DNA of 64,000 nucleotides from a virus, in IMG/VR virus record IMGVR_UViG_3300035047_000196, one strand, 5' to 3'. Positions 10,023-19,520 of this stretch are shown piece after piece (within the stretch, counting starts at the first letter, position 1; each line of letters opens with the position of its first letter). A model generated the notes under the pieces. It did no database searches. It worked only from the letters and a program-made list of their open reading frames with translations, and was not told where the DNA came from. Position numbers and translations under genes: made by a program.

Positions 10023-10388
10023 TTATGTGATGGCCAGATCTCCAGTAACCTTCACAGTCACTTCAGCCGTCATTTTGTCTTCCAACGGTACTGCCGGTTT
10101 CATCGACGTCATGAATGCGTTAAACACCCATATGCTTCCGTCCGGGAAAGTGATCGTACAACTACTCGCTGCCGAATCAATCGGAGGGGTATCACTTGGG
10201 TCATAAGCAATCGTCACTGTCATCTCTCCCCAGTCCACCAAATCGGCGGGGGTAAAAATATGAGACGAACCTGTACCCATGTGAGATACGTCAATTGCTT
10301 CCCTCGATGCTCCTGGAGGATTTACATCCAGCAACTCGCCAAGGAAACTTTCCCAAGAAATACTTGTGCCTGTTCCAATATCAGCCAT
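10023..10388 (-). CDS. Tail tube protein paralogue 2
   Basis: 121 aa; IGTGT..PPG.SREAIDVSHMGT..P.DL.DWGE..KV(T)G pattern shared with 10415..10792. Confidence 0.75.
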   Translation of the reverse strand: MADIGTGTSISWESFLGELLDVNPPGASREAIDVSHMGTGSSHIFTPADLVDWGEMTVTIAYDPSDTPPIDSAASSCTITFPDGSIWVFNAFMTSMKPAVPLEDKMTAEVTVKVTGDLAIT

Positions 10389-10414
10389 TTCTTTTCTCCT
10401 TTCTTATCCTTACA

Positions 10415-10792
10415 TTAAGATACTGACCCACTAACCTTGACAGTTACTTCAGCCGTCATCAATTCTTCCATTGGAGCAGCGGGTTCATATCCGGTCATAA
10501 ATCCTTTGAAGGATATACTCCCAGCTCCACTAGCTCCAAAAGCGATTGTGATCTCTTCAGGAATAGTTACTGTTAATGCAGTGGCAGGGTCTACCGACGG
10601 ATCGAATTGAATCGTCATACTGAACTCTCCCCAATCGGGAAGATCTGCTGGCATAAATACTTTCTGCCCCGTAGTACCCATATGGGTGATGTCTATTGAT
10701 TCCCTATCCGGTCCGGGTGGGGTGATCTCAATAATGTCCGCTGTAAAGCTGGACGTACCAAAAGTCACTGTTGTTCCTGTTCCGATATACAT
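10415..10792 (-). CDS. Tail tube protein paralogue 1
   Basis: 125 aa; IGTGT..PPGPDRESIDITHMGT..PADLPDWGE; position after tail terminator. Confidence 0.75.
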   Translation of the reverse strand: MYIGTGTTVTFGTSSFTADIIEITPPGPDRESIDITHMGTTGQKVFMPADLPDWGEFSMTIQFDPSVDPATALTVTIPEEITIAFGASGAGSISFKGFMTGYEPAAPMEELMTAEVTVKVSGSVS

Positions 10793-10795
10793 AAT

Positions 10796-11086
10796 CTATT
10801 CTCCTTTCTTTTCAAAGGCCTTGTTAACAGCATCAGTTTCCGGCTTTATATTTGCCAATCCGATACGGTTAACTTCTTTCCAGAAGTATGCCTTGCATGG
10901 ATACTCCTCTTTCTGCTCTTTGGTGATGGGCTTCTGCTTCACTTCGAACACTACTGAATTCTTCTCAAAGCGGACTCTCTGCGCCCCCCTGAAAAGAAAT
11001 CCTTTGCGCTTATTATGAAACCACCCATTCTTAACCAAGAGCCGAATGAGTTCTTTCTTTGTCTTCTCCAGCTTATTCATTTTCAT
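10796..11086 (-). CDS. Hypothetical basic protein between terminator and tube genes
   Basis: 96-aa ORF with RBS. Confidence 0.6.
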   Translation of the reverse strand: MKMNKLEKTKKELIRLLVKNGWFHNKRKGFLFRGAQRVRFEKNSVVFEVKQKPITKEQKEEYPCKAYFWKEVNRIGLANIKPETDAVNKAFEKKGE

Positions 11087-11092
11087 CTTCTC

Positions 11093-11527
11093 CTATGTTG
11101 TCGTTTCTTCTCGCACCGTTCTGAAGTTGGCGGTGAACGAGTATCTTTTCTCTTCATCCTGCTGTAATGGAATTGGACCACTCAAAAGGAAGATGCCCTT
11201 ATATGTTTGAGTCCTTTCATCAGATGTAACAGAAAACCTATCATGCTGGTCCAGGAAATCAATGATGTCATTGATCTTATTGTAGCCTTCTTGATATGTC
11301 CTGGATCTTACAAGTACCTGAACCATCAAATACTCAACGGGAGACTTTGAAGTGTCGGCAAATCTGGTACGCTGCTCAGACGTATAATCCCGCAATGTAA
11401 TGCAACGATCTGGCTGATCTGGCTGTGCATGAATGTAGAGACTCCAATCTTGTATACCGCCAAAGGTTCCCGACATCCCGCTTTGAGTAAGGATCAAATT
11501 CTTCAAATCTGTTGCAGGTGAATTCAT
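11093..11527 (-). CDS. Tail terminator / tail completion protein
   Basis: 144 aa; QPDQPDRCITL and VQVLVRS motifs; conserved neck gene order. Confidence 0.75.
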   Translation of the reverse strand: MNSPATDLKNLILTQSGMSGTFGGIQDWSLYIHAQPDQPDRCITLRDYTSEQRTRFADTSKSPVEYLMVQVLVRSRTYQEGYNKINDIIDFLDQHDRFSVTSDERTQTYKGIFLLSGPIPLQQDEEKRYSFTANFRTVREETTT

Positions 11528-12000
11528 AATCCCTTCCTCGCATGGTTAGCAATCTCTCTGAGCATTGCATCCTCGTTCTCTCCAATAGCTATTTCCAAAA
11601 ACTTGTACGTCTTGCCGTCTGTGTGGTGGGCGTCTGGATCTTCATGAACATATATGGCGTAATTTGCTGTATATCCAAATATGACCAAAAGATCATCTTT
11701 CAATTGTTGCACCTTGCCTTTCAAACTAGATTGAACTTCAAGATGCTCTTTCCCCATCTCACTAGCACCTTTGCCTTTGAAACTAGCAGCCTTTGGAGCA
11801 CTCTTGTCCCATACAACAAAAGAAGAGGCCCTTAGATTACCAGTATCAATTGGAATGATCCTTCCAGACTCTCTAATGACCAGAAAAGCAGCTTGTATCA
11901 AACCAGCCTGGGTCAAACCCTTGATCTTCTGGGCACTGGTATTCAAACGAGCTAGTGTTGCTGACAACCCCTTTGTATGAATGCCTGCTATATTTTTCAT
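11524..12000 (-). CDS. HK97 gp10-like neck protein
   Basis: IPIDTGNLRAS, YTANYAIYVHE and YKFLE motifs. Confidence 0.8.
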   Translation of the reverse strand: MKNIAGIHTKGLSATLARLNTSAQKIKGLTQAGLIQAAFLVIRESGRIIPIDTGNLRASSFVVWDKSAPKAASFKGKGASEMGKEHLEVQSSLKGKVQQLKDDLLVIFGYTANYAIYVHEDPDAHHTDGKTYKFLEIAIGENEDAMLREIANHARKGL

Positions 12001-12350
12001 AACATAGCCACCCTTAAAAATTCGACAGCCTTCAAATCAGGAAACTTCTGCCAACCCTTAATAGGCTTGGCTCCCTTGGTCTCTTGCGGATCCGGCTTAA
12101 TCGCATCATCATTCAATCGTCCTAGAAACAACCAACCGCCAATTTTCAAATCACGGTCTGGATATACAATCGAACTGGAGATGTTTTTATTGCCATTAGA
12201 ATCAACAAACTCTTTGACCTCGTCGTCCCACCTGCATTCAATCTCTACAGGAGCTTCGAAAGCCTTCCGACCAAACCCGTCTCCACCGGATAGCTCTTTG
12301 GGCGCCCAGTAGACGGCTTTTTGTTTTCTCATTCTGGTGATGATGCTCAT
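11997..12350 (-). CDS. Head-closure / stopper protein
   Basis: 117 aa in neck gene order; DGFGR..F..PVEIECRW. Confidence 0.7.
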   Translation of the reverse strand: MSIITRMRKQKAVYWAPKELSGGDGFGRKAFEAPVEIECRWDDEVKEFVDSNGNKNISSSIVYPDRDLKIGGWLFLGRLNDDAIKPDPQETKGAKPIKGWQKFPDLKAVEFLRVAML

Positions 12351-12748
12351 GAGTTTGCCGGACTGATCGGTTCAATTCCATTGATCCGTGCGGTCCTTCT
12401 GCCTTTCTTCCTATTCAACTCCGCCAAAGCGCCAGACGTATCAAGCAGTATTGCCTGCTGCCCAAACATCGTAGCATCCAAACGGTATCCGACCTTATAT
12501 TGATATGATGCTGAGACCGGCCCGGCCTTCTCACTGGCAATGCGCTGTTCCCTCAGAGAGGCGAAGTGAGCTGAAAGATACAACTCAATATCTTTCAACT
12601 GGGCTTCGGTTAGAGAGCTGTCCGTACAAACCGAATCCGTAAATCTATTTGCAAGATTGATGAACGGGGTCAGTGTCAGCGAGTCCTCAAACTCAGCGAT
12701 TGCTCGGACTTCTGCTTGTGTGTTCCTAGCAGCCATTGTCTCCTCCAT
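12347..12748 (-). CDS. Head-tail adaptor (DUF4054-like)
   Basis: IELYLSAHFASL and ATMFGQQA motifs. Confidence 0.75.
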   Translation of the reverse strand: MEETMAARNTQAEVRAIAEFEDSLTLTPFINLANRFTDSVCTDSSLTEAQLKDIELYLSAHFASLREQRIASEKAGPVSASYQYKVGYRLDATMFGQQAILLDTSGALAELNRKKGRRTARINGIEPISPANS

Positions 12749-13397
12749 TCCACAACTTAGGGTCTACGAATTCAGAAACCGCCTTCTCATTCCATTTCAA
12801 GCCAAGCTGCTCAATAATTGATTTGATTTGTGAAAATTCTCCTCGGACAATATCTGGTGTCCACACTACAGAGATATCAAGCCCGGCTTCTCTCATCTCA
12901 CGAAATCTCCGGATATGTGTGTGAACCCATTCACGCCAAGCCTCGGCGGTTTTGAGTTTCCTCATGAAAGGAGTCTTCAAACAAGAGAAGACGATCTCTT
13001 CTATGGGCCTGCGTACGATGATCCATTTGGCATTCGGGAATGCTTTGTGGAAAACCGGCCAGACAAGGCACATCTTAGCTCCTTTGTAATACCACGGTCC
13101 ATTCCGATATCCATCCTGCTTCATGATCAATTCCATTTCAAAACCCAACTCAGGATATGCCTTGAGAGAATTCATGTCTTGTGGTAAAGGAAACTGTCCC
13201 ATAGGATCAAAACCCATTGATCGCAGATAAGGCTTGATGAGGCCATTACGCACCCGCTCGTTTTCGAACATCCCCTTCTTGTTATTGCGGTTTGGACCGG
13301 CAGTGATCCCACCAAAGGCCCCGCAGATATCGACAATACCAGCGGTCATGGAAGTGCCCGACCTAGCAGCTCCTGTTATGAGAATAGGATCACACAT
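12726..13397 (-). CDS. PAPS-dependent sulfotransferase-like protein
   Basis: ILITGAARSGTS (5'-PSB-like) and IIVRRP..IVFS (3'-PB-like); probable start 13397. Confidence 0.75.
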   Translation of the reverse strand: MCDPILITGAARSGTSMTAGIVDICGAFGGITAGPNRNNKKGMFENERVRNGLIKPYLRSMGFDPMGQFPLPQDMNSLKAYPELGFEMELIMKQDGYRNGPWYYKGAKMCLVWPVFHKAFPNAKWIIVRRPIEEIVFSCLKTPFMRKLKTAEAWREWVHTHIRRFREMREAGLDISVVWTPDIVRGEFSQIKSIIEQLGLKWNEKAVSEFVDPKLWNGGDNGC

Positions 13398-15783
13398 TAT
13401 TCCATGCCCCCTGCACATCTATGTTGTCCACATTGTGAGGCCTTGGCTTTCCATGGAAACAAATCACATCAGCTTTATCCGGTACTGTGTTTGTTTCTTT
13501 GCAATCCCTTTTCCAGGAAACGATATTCATTACGTTCTGGATTGGATCCGGTCTCACTCCATACAGCTCCATTAACTGGGTCTCTATGAATTGCTGTTCT
13601 GTCATAGCACGCAACCCAAGTTCCTCAGATTTAGCCATCAACTCTTTTCGGCTGTTCAAGAAGGCATCCCAAAGTTTTTCAAAATCCCCTCCACGCCAGC
13701 ACATGATTCCTGAAGCGAATCTTTTCTTGGAACGGAAGCTGCGCAACATACCAAACCCATGCTTTGGTGCCATCTGTAACTGTCCATTGAGGGTGTGCAT
13801 GAAAACTGTATCCAGATCAAAATACCAAACCAACTCACCGCTCTGGAAAACACCCTCCCTGAAAAGTTCCATCTTCGCCCAAGTGCGAACACGCTTATGA
13901 TCGTACTGCCCTTCTATCGAGATGCACTCGACCCCTTCTATATCAAGCGGGTGTTCGGTCAAGAGTCTCTTCTCTTGGTCAGGGAATTGGTTGAACAGAT
14001 TCCTGACATACCGCTCATCAAAGCCATTGCCTTCTAAGTAGACTCCAGCGACTACAACGCGCAGGTTTTCAAAATGCTTGAACCCATTGGCCTTCTTTAC
14101 CTTGATCGGCTTCTGCTTCTTGAACCTGGTAACAGATTTGTTCTTAGATTCCTTCTTGATGGAAGCGATATCTTTCCAATCCGGTTGTGTGCTCTGCCCT
14201 TTCACCAAACGTTCAAAAGACCGGACTACTGTTTCGACTCTGAGATCCAAAGTATCGAGTGCTGTATACCATACATCTCGCGAATCTGGAGGGCAGCTGT
14301 GCCACCAGAAGTCTGGGTGATAATAGCTATTCCATAACATAAGGGTCGGTACCTTGAATCGTGTGGACATGATTGTAATACCGCTTAGATATCCGACAAC
14401 GCCAATAGACCCTTTCATCATCCCAAAGACATCTTCCAATGAAGTACGACCGACTTCATTGTAAATGAAATTCGTTCCTTCTGCCTTCTGAATACGAAGA
14501 AGGATTTTATCCAGCTTCCCTCTGTCCCATGCAGCACCAACCAGGACTACATTTGCTTTCAGCCTATCGCTGATCTCCCGTAGGGCTACATACGTTTTCT
14601 TGATATCGAATTCATCCAGCCAACGCTTGTATGTCCCGTGCGGAACTATGTAACAAACAACATAACGCCCATACCGGTTTTGATACCGGTCGATAGCGGC
14701 CTGTTCTTCCAAACTCTCAAACATCGGGAAATACCACTGCGGTTCAAGGTGTGGATCAACAGCGGACAAAGATGCTCCATAACGCATCACCCCGTTGTAA
14801 GCAATGAACTTATCACACCCGACGACGTTATCAAAGATGGTGCGGCCATCGTGCATGTACGCTTCTTTCCAGATCTTTCCTTCATGGTCATGCTTCAAAT
14901 ATCCGGCAGCATTACACCAGCTACACATACGCACGTAATCAATACTGCGGTCACGGGCATTCTTCATTGGAGAAGAGATATAAATATCGGGTTGGCCATA
15001 TCCACCTTGTTCGCAAAAAGACTTGGCTTTCAAAAGGCTCCAATAGATGTCACCGACACCCGGCGGAACCAAAATACTGATGCGAGCCTGTTTTAGTTTA
15101 TGGACCGTGAAAGCCAGTTTGGAAGAGATGGGTTGAACAACACCGACAACCTCAAAACCTATCTCTTCAAGGAGTTGGATCATCTGTTCCTTGGTCGGCA
15201 TCCATAGATGCTCAACCATTTTCCAGTGATGCTTACCCGACCTGCTCCAGAAGTGTGGGATTTCAAGCACAGCAAATCCAGACGGCTTCAAACAGCGATA
15301 GATTTCTTCGAGGACCTGCTTCGGATTTGGCATATGTTCAAGGACATCAAATGAAACGACACTGTCAAAGTAGTCTGTCGGGAAATGGATCTGTTCGATA
15401 GTCTTTGGGAAGAACCTTCGTGCTCGGGATGTTGGTGAAAGGTCACAACCCATTGCATCAACACCCTTATCCAATAAGGTGTTCACGAACGCTCCGGAAC
15501 CACAGCCAACGTCAAGCACCCGATCGCCCTCACCCATATCCTGGAAACTGTATTCCTCCACACGGGCTTTTGCTACTTCCAGATCGTGTTCATAAGAGTG
15601 CTGATAGACCGCTTCATGGTATTGCTCTTCATACCACTTAGCTAGCTCAGAAGCCGGCATATCACCAACGTCTTGATGGCTGACACCGCACCTCTGGCAA
15701 ACCAACATCGGTATACCGTTCTTGGTCTTGTGATCAAAAGACCGGCAACTGCAGATGTAGCATTTCTCTATCACTTTCTTCAT
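13390..15783 (-). CDS. Multidomain enzyme: Zn-ribbon + class I SAM methyltransferase + GT9-like (GT-B) + GT8-like (GT-A) glycosyltransferase
   Basis: CxxC..CxxC; VLDVGCGSG and FDVLEH; PPGVGDIYW and GVVGYLSG; YFDLDTV (DxD) and CFHGKPRPH. Confidence 0.75.
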   Translation of the reverse strand: MKKVIEKCYICSCRSFDHKTKNGIPMLVCQRCGVSHQDVGDMPASELAKWYEEQYHEAVYQHSYEHDLEVAKARVEEYSFQDMGEGDRVLDVGCGSGAFVNTLLDKGVDAMGCDLSPTSRARRFFPKTIEQIHFPTDYFDSVVSFDVLEHMPNPKQVLEEIYRCLKPSGFAVLEIPHFWSRSGKHHWKMVEHLWMPTKEQMIQLLEEIGFEVVGVVQPISSKLAFTVHKLKQARISILVPPGVGDIYWSLLKAKSFCEQGGYGQPDIYISSPMKNARDRSIDYVRMCSWCNAAGYLKHDHEGKIWKEAYMHDGRTIFDNVVGCDKFIAYNGVMRYGASLSAVDPHLEPQWYFPMFESLEEQAAIDRYQNRYGRYVVCYIVPHGTYKRWLDEFDIKKTYVALREISDRLKANVVLVGAAWDRGKLDKILLRIQKAEGTNFIYNEVGRTSLEDVFGMMKGSIGVVGYLSGITIMSTRFKVPTLMLWNSYYHPDFWWHSCPPDSRDVWYTALDTLDLRVETVVRSFERLVKGQSTQPDWKDIASIKKESKNKSVTRFKKQKPIKVKKANGFKHFENLRVVVAGVYLEGNGFDERYVRNLFNQFPDQEKRLLTEHPLDIEGVECISIEGQYDHKRVRTWAKMELFREGVFQSGELVWYFDLDTVFMHTLNGQLQMAPKHGFGMLRSFRSKKRFASGIMCWRGGDFEKLWDAFLNSRKELMAKSEELGLRAMTEQQFIETQLMELYGVRPDPIQNVMNIVSWKRDCKETNTVPDKADVICFHGKPRPHNVDNIDVQGAWNNV

Positions 15784-15989
15784 GTCACTATCCTCGTCAC
15801 TACAATCACAACCTGAACATCAGTTGCTTCTCCTCCATGTGCTATTCCTTGCCATGTCCCATCCACATTGCGACGAAAATGAGCTATGACATCCCACTCC
15901 TCTTCATTCAAAGGATTTCCTGTGGTGACAGACCGCACCAGATCCTTCACCACTTCGGCTGGTATGATGTTATGGTTGAATTGGGTCAT
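15780..15989 (-). CDS. Small hypothetical protein in the modification island
   Basis: 69 aa from ATG 15989; its stop overlaps the start of the 797-aa gene. Confidence 0.5.
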   Translation of the reverse strand: MTQFNHNIIPAEVVKDLVRSVTTGNPLNEEEWDVIAHFRRNVDGTWQGIAHGGEATDVQVVIVVTRIVT

Positions 15990-16761
15990 ATCCAAAAGCC
16001 TCTTGCAAACGATTGATGTCCTGCAAATAGGGTTCCACAAGTTTCATGTACTCGGAATAAATCGCCCTTGCGCTCTTGGACATCCCTGTGCATGAAATCT
16101 TGGTTTCGTATTGATCAGGGTCGGGTGGGTTAATCAAGCCAACATCCTGACAGAGCTTGGTTGCTGCGGGACGGCCACCTGAAACGAGATCCTCGTGCCT
16201 GACCAAAATCCTCAAATGGTTCTTTTCAATACCAGCGATCAATTCAAATTGTTTGATCCACTCTTCACAGAATTGTCGAATGTCACCCTCTCTTGTGCAG
16301 TTCGGGGTATGTACTGAGAAATCCTTTTTGAAACGGCTTGTGAAACTCATGAAGAAATCACGAATAAGGAAAACCACGTTTGATTCTGGAAACTTCTTGT
16401 TGATGAAATGCAGGACCGTTTCATTCCAATTCACTTCCTTGAGTCCCCACCTAGAATAGCCTTCCCGTTGTGCCGTAACAGCATAAAGCCTATCCAAGTA
16501 AAGAGCACGAGCAGCAAAAGCATCCTCCAGTTCAGGCGAGAGAACGGCCATCCACATATTTGCCTTCTTCTCCCTGAATGTCTTCAAATCATGGCCGCTG
16601 CGGTCAGGACTCCAACGATCACCATAGGGGAAAAGCAATGATGTATTCTCACCCCAAACAAGCACCTCATTAGTAGAGGTCAGGATTCTCTGAACCCATG
16701 TGCTTCCAGATCTAGGACACCCGGCTAAAACAAAGATTGGCCTATTATGCAAGATACTCAA
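15970..16761 (-). CDS. PAPS-dependent sulfotransferase-like protein
   Basis: FVLAGCPRSGSTW, WGLKE, FLIRD..SF.S and VRHEDLV motifs. Confidence 0.8.
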   Translation of the reverse strand: MSILHNRPIFVLAGCPRSGSTWVQRILTSTNEVLVWGENTSLLFPYGDRWSPDRSGHDLKTFREKKANMWMAVLSPELEDAFAARALYLDRLYAVTAQREGYSRWGLKEVNWNETVLHFINKKFPESNVVFLIRDFFMSFTSRFKKDFSVHTPNCTREGDIRQFCEEWIKQFELIAGIEKNHLRILVRHEDLVSGGRPAATKLCQDVGLINPPDPDQYETKISCTGMSKSARAIYSEYMKLVEPYLQDINRLQEAFGYDPIQP

Positions 16762-17453
16762 CGTAACGCTTCCTCCAACGCCATCTTCGGAAATTCATTA
16801 AGGCCGGATTCAGGGTTGGCGTTGATCACCTCAACATCCGGCACGGACTTCTTCAAATTCTTTGCGAGGACGGCGAACCCTTTATGGAACTTATCTAGCA
16901 ACTGATCACCCTCTTTACTAGACTTCGCCTTGGCTACATGACAGGGATTATTTTTCGGGTTGGGATGCCAGTTCCAATTTGGTACATCGTTCTTCATATC
17001 AAACCCGACAAGGATTATCTTCTTGCAACCCAATTTCACAGCCAGCTCAACAGCAGAGGCGCCAGTGTTCAAATACCATTTGATTTCAAAGGACTGCTTT
17101 GCCAATCCTCCGGTTGAAATCCTCAACTGATTCAAGAACCGCACAGCCCTCTCACCATAATCCCGAACCATGTTTACCTGCCGAGCTACTGGACAGCATG
17201 TGACTTTCAATCCGGCGAACTTGGCTAATCGCTGGCGGTGGATCTCTTCCCACCAAACGTAATCGCCAAAGAAACAGATGTCCACCCACGCACCAAGAAG
17301 GTATGCATCATTGCAACCAATGATACGGAAGTCTTTGATGAGATCCAGGTCGATGCCCTCTATGGAGGGTCCGCCACCTACGATCACGCAAGTACGATCT
17401 CTCCACATTTCAGGAACCGACCAAAACCATTTCTCTGGATTGTGAGTGGACAC
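16758..17453 (-). CDS. DUF115/Maf-like (sialyltransferase-like Rossmann fold) glycosyltransferase
   Basis: VIVGGGPS, IGCND, DICFFGD, NTGASAVELAVKLGCKKIILVGFDM. Confidence 0.7.
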   Translation of the reverse strand: MSTHNPEKWFWSVPEMWRDRTCVIVGGGPSIEGIDLDLIKDFRIIGCNDAYLLGAWVDICFFGDYVWWEEIHRQRLAKFAGLKVTCCPVARQVNMVRDYGERAVRFLNQLRISTGGLAKQSFEIKWYLNTGASAVELAVKLGCKKIILVGFDMKNDVPNWNWHPNPKNNPCHVAKAKSSKEGDQLLDKFHKGFAVLAKNLKKSVPDVEVINANPESGLNEFPKMALEEALR

Positions 17454-17470
17454 TTTAATCCTTTACAGCC

Positions 17471-17905
17471 TCACGACTTTTTCTTTCGTTTGGCTTTGAC
17501 TTTCTTTTTGGGCTTCTTGGGTTCCTTGGGCATAGCTTCAAGAATGTCAGGAAGGGCTTCGACTCCACCTTCAACTAACTCATCTGCCTGTTCACGAGTC
17601 AGATAACCATCATGTACTGATTCACCTGTCTCTGTATTGAACACTACCCAACGAGCCCCTCCCTTGTGCTTCGCTGCCAAGGTGATAGATTCTTCATCAA
17701 GCTCGTCATCTTCTGCTTCAATGATCGCTCTTACATCCTCATCATCAGCATCAATGAGACCTTCGACTCGCTCAAACTTCGACGGCCATGTCTTCTTGAG
17801 ATCACGGTCGGAAGTAACGATTTGCCCCGGCTTAAATACCATGTCCCCGACACGGTACGTTCCGAAAAGCAGTTTGAATTGCATCTTCTTACTCATTTGC
17901 TTCAC
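17471..17905 (-). CDS. Capsid-adjacent protein with acidic linker and basic C-terminal tail
   Basis: 144-aa ORF right after the major capsid gene (probable start 17896); ends KKPKKKVKAKRKKKS. Confidence 0.65.
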   Translation of the reverse strand: MKQMSKKMQFKLLFGTYRVGDMVFKPGQIVTSDRDLKKTWPSKFERVEGLIDADDEDVRAIIEAEDDELDEESITLAAKHKGGARWVVFNTETGESVHDGYLTREQADELVEGGVEALPDILEAMPKEPKKPKKKVKAKRKKKS

Positions 17906-17937
17906 TCCTTCTCTTTTTCTCTTTCCCTTCCACCCTT

Positions 17938-17961
17938 GGGGGGAGTTTTTACGCTCCCCCC
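17938..17961 (-). other. 8-bp GC stem-loop downstream of the major capsid gene
   Basis: ggggggag-tttttacg-ctcccccc; no U-tract in the minus sense, so stabiliser or attenuator rather than a classical terminator. Confidence 0.5.
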
Positions 17962-17979
17962 TTGGGCAGAAGATTAGGG

Positions 17980-18960
17980 TTATTCGGCGAAGTCAGCGAT
18001 ACCACAGCTACCGTCCTGATCGGTGCGGAGCAGCGGAACCTGAATCGTCATCACCTTGTTGGTCGTCTTCAGACCACCCATGGAATCCCAGCGAACGTTC
18101 GTCACTGCGAGACCTTCGACGATTGCGGCAACATCCTTGGTAGCCTGCAACATGATCACATGACCATCTGTCAGCTTATCAGCGATGTCGATAGAGAGGA
18201 TGCCTTCCATCTCCATCAGGCGCGAACGAACCGTCTTCGGATAATTCGAAGTGTAGTCATCATCCAGCACAGTGTCATACGCCGTCGGCGCGAACACCAT
18301 GTACGGACCATAGTAGCCGGCATCGATCAGGGCCTGCTTCATATTCAGCAAGTCAGTTTTCGGTGCGGCACCAGAGGCATCCCAAGGAGCCGTCAAGCTG
18401 CCGGCATTGGCAGACGGGAAGTCTACCAGTCCGTAGATCACCTTGTCGGCGAACTGGAACGAATCCAGACCATTGCACGCAATATCCTCAACCTTCTCTG
18501 CAACCTTACGGCCAGCAGCGGAGGCATAACTCGTGTCCAGGTTACGGCCATTGTTGCGGGCCGCCTGAATCATACGTGCATTCAAGGAATACGATTTGTG
18601 AACGATGGGCAGAGGGAGTCCCCTCAACTCATAGTTCAGGCGATCGTCGTCGCCCTTGGTAACCGCATCCATATCAACATCGGCATCATCCATGTCACTC
18701 ACGTCTTCGTATTCGTAGATCGTTGTTCCGAGACCACCGGTCAGCGGAATCACCAAGCCACGAGAGCGAAGAGCTGCGACAACACGTAAACGCTGCTGCA
18801 CTGCTTCAACGATAGCCGTATCGTACTGCTTCCATTCATCCTTCCGAAGAAGATCATTGGTACGCAGACCCGACGGATCCATGTTGCAAGCGAGCAGCTT
18901 GGTCGCGACATCGCCATGAGCCTTGCCATTGATGATGGCGTCCATTCTTGCTTTGCTCAT
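17980..18960 (-). CDS. Major capsid protein (HK97 fold, encapsulin/Linocin-M18-like)
   Basis: 326 aa; LRKDEWKQYDTAIVEA and LPLPIVHK motifs; follows protease and decoration genes. Confidence 0.85.
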   Translation of the reverse strand: MSKARMDAIINGKAHGDVATKLLACNMDPSGLRTNDLLRKDEWKQYDTAIVEAVQQRLRVVAALRSRGLVIPLTGGLGTTIYEYEDVSDMDDADVDMDAVTKGDDDRLNYELRGLPLPIVHKSYSLNARMIQAARNNGRNLDTSYASAAGRKVAEKVEDIACNGLDSFQFADKVIYGLVDFPSANAGSLTAPWDASGAAPKTDLLNMKQALIDAGYYGPYMVFAPTAYDTVLDDDYTSNYPKTVRSRLMEMEGILSIDIADKLTDGHVIMLQATKDVAAIVEGLAVTNVRWDSMGGLKTTNKVMTIQVPLLRTDQDGSCGIADFAE

Positions 18961-18996
18961 TTTTTCTTTCCTTCCTGTAGTTAGTTGTTAAAAGCC

Positions 18997-19488
18997 TTAC
19001 ACCGCGATGCACTTCAGCAGGCGGGTAGATTCCGCACCACTGGAGCTACTCAGATCGAGTGCTTCTTCTGCGATTGCTACGATCTGCTTACCGTAAATCG
19101 TAGTCAGAGCACCAGAGCTGTCAGCCCCAAGTGTCTCTGTATCCGGTGTGTGAGGCTGTACGTCGCCGTCACCTGCGCTCTCAAGAGGATCCCCAATAGA
19201 AACACTCTCGCCGTCTTTCAACTGCAAGAGAACGCGATCGCCCGGCCGGAGGACTTCCGCCTGCAAGCGGTTGTCTGCCGAATAATCATCCGTGACCGTC
19301 TTACCCTGCAGATCATCTTCGACAGCAACGATAAGCGGAAGTACATTGCCACCAGCAGTGGAGTGCTTCTGGAACTTATCAGCGCTTGTCAACTCGACGA
19401 TCTGGCCGGGTGCCACTGCTTCTGCAGCAGGCCGGTCGTAGCGAATCGGGTCGCCGTAGCGAGCGAGTACGATTTTCCTTTTAGCCAT
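18997..19488 (-). CDS. Capsid decoration / cement protein
   Basis: 163 aa between scaffold and capsid genes; AVAPGQIVEL, VAVEDDLQG. Confidence 0.7.
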   Translation of the reverse strand: MAKRKIVLARYGDPIRYDRPAAEAVAPGQIVELTSADKFQKHSTAGGNVLPLIVAVEDDLQGKTVTDDYSADNRLQAEVLRPGDRVLLQLKDGESVSIGDPLESAGDGDVQPHTPDTETLGADSSGALTTIYGKQIVAIAEEALDLSSSSGAESTRLLKCIAV

Positions 19489-19520
19489 TTTCTTTCTCTC
19501 CTTTCAAAGAGTTGTTGTGA

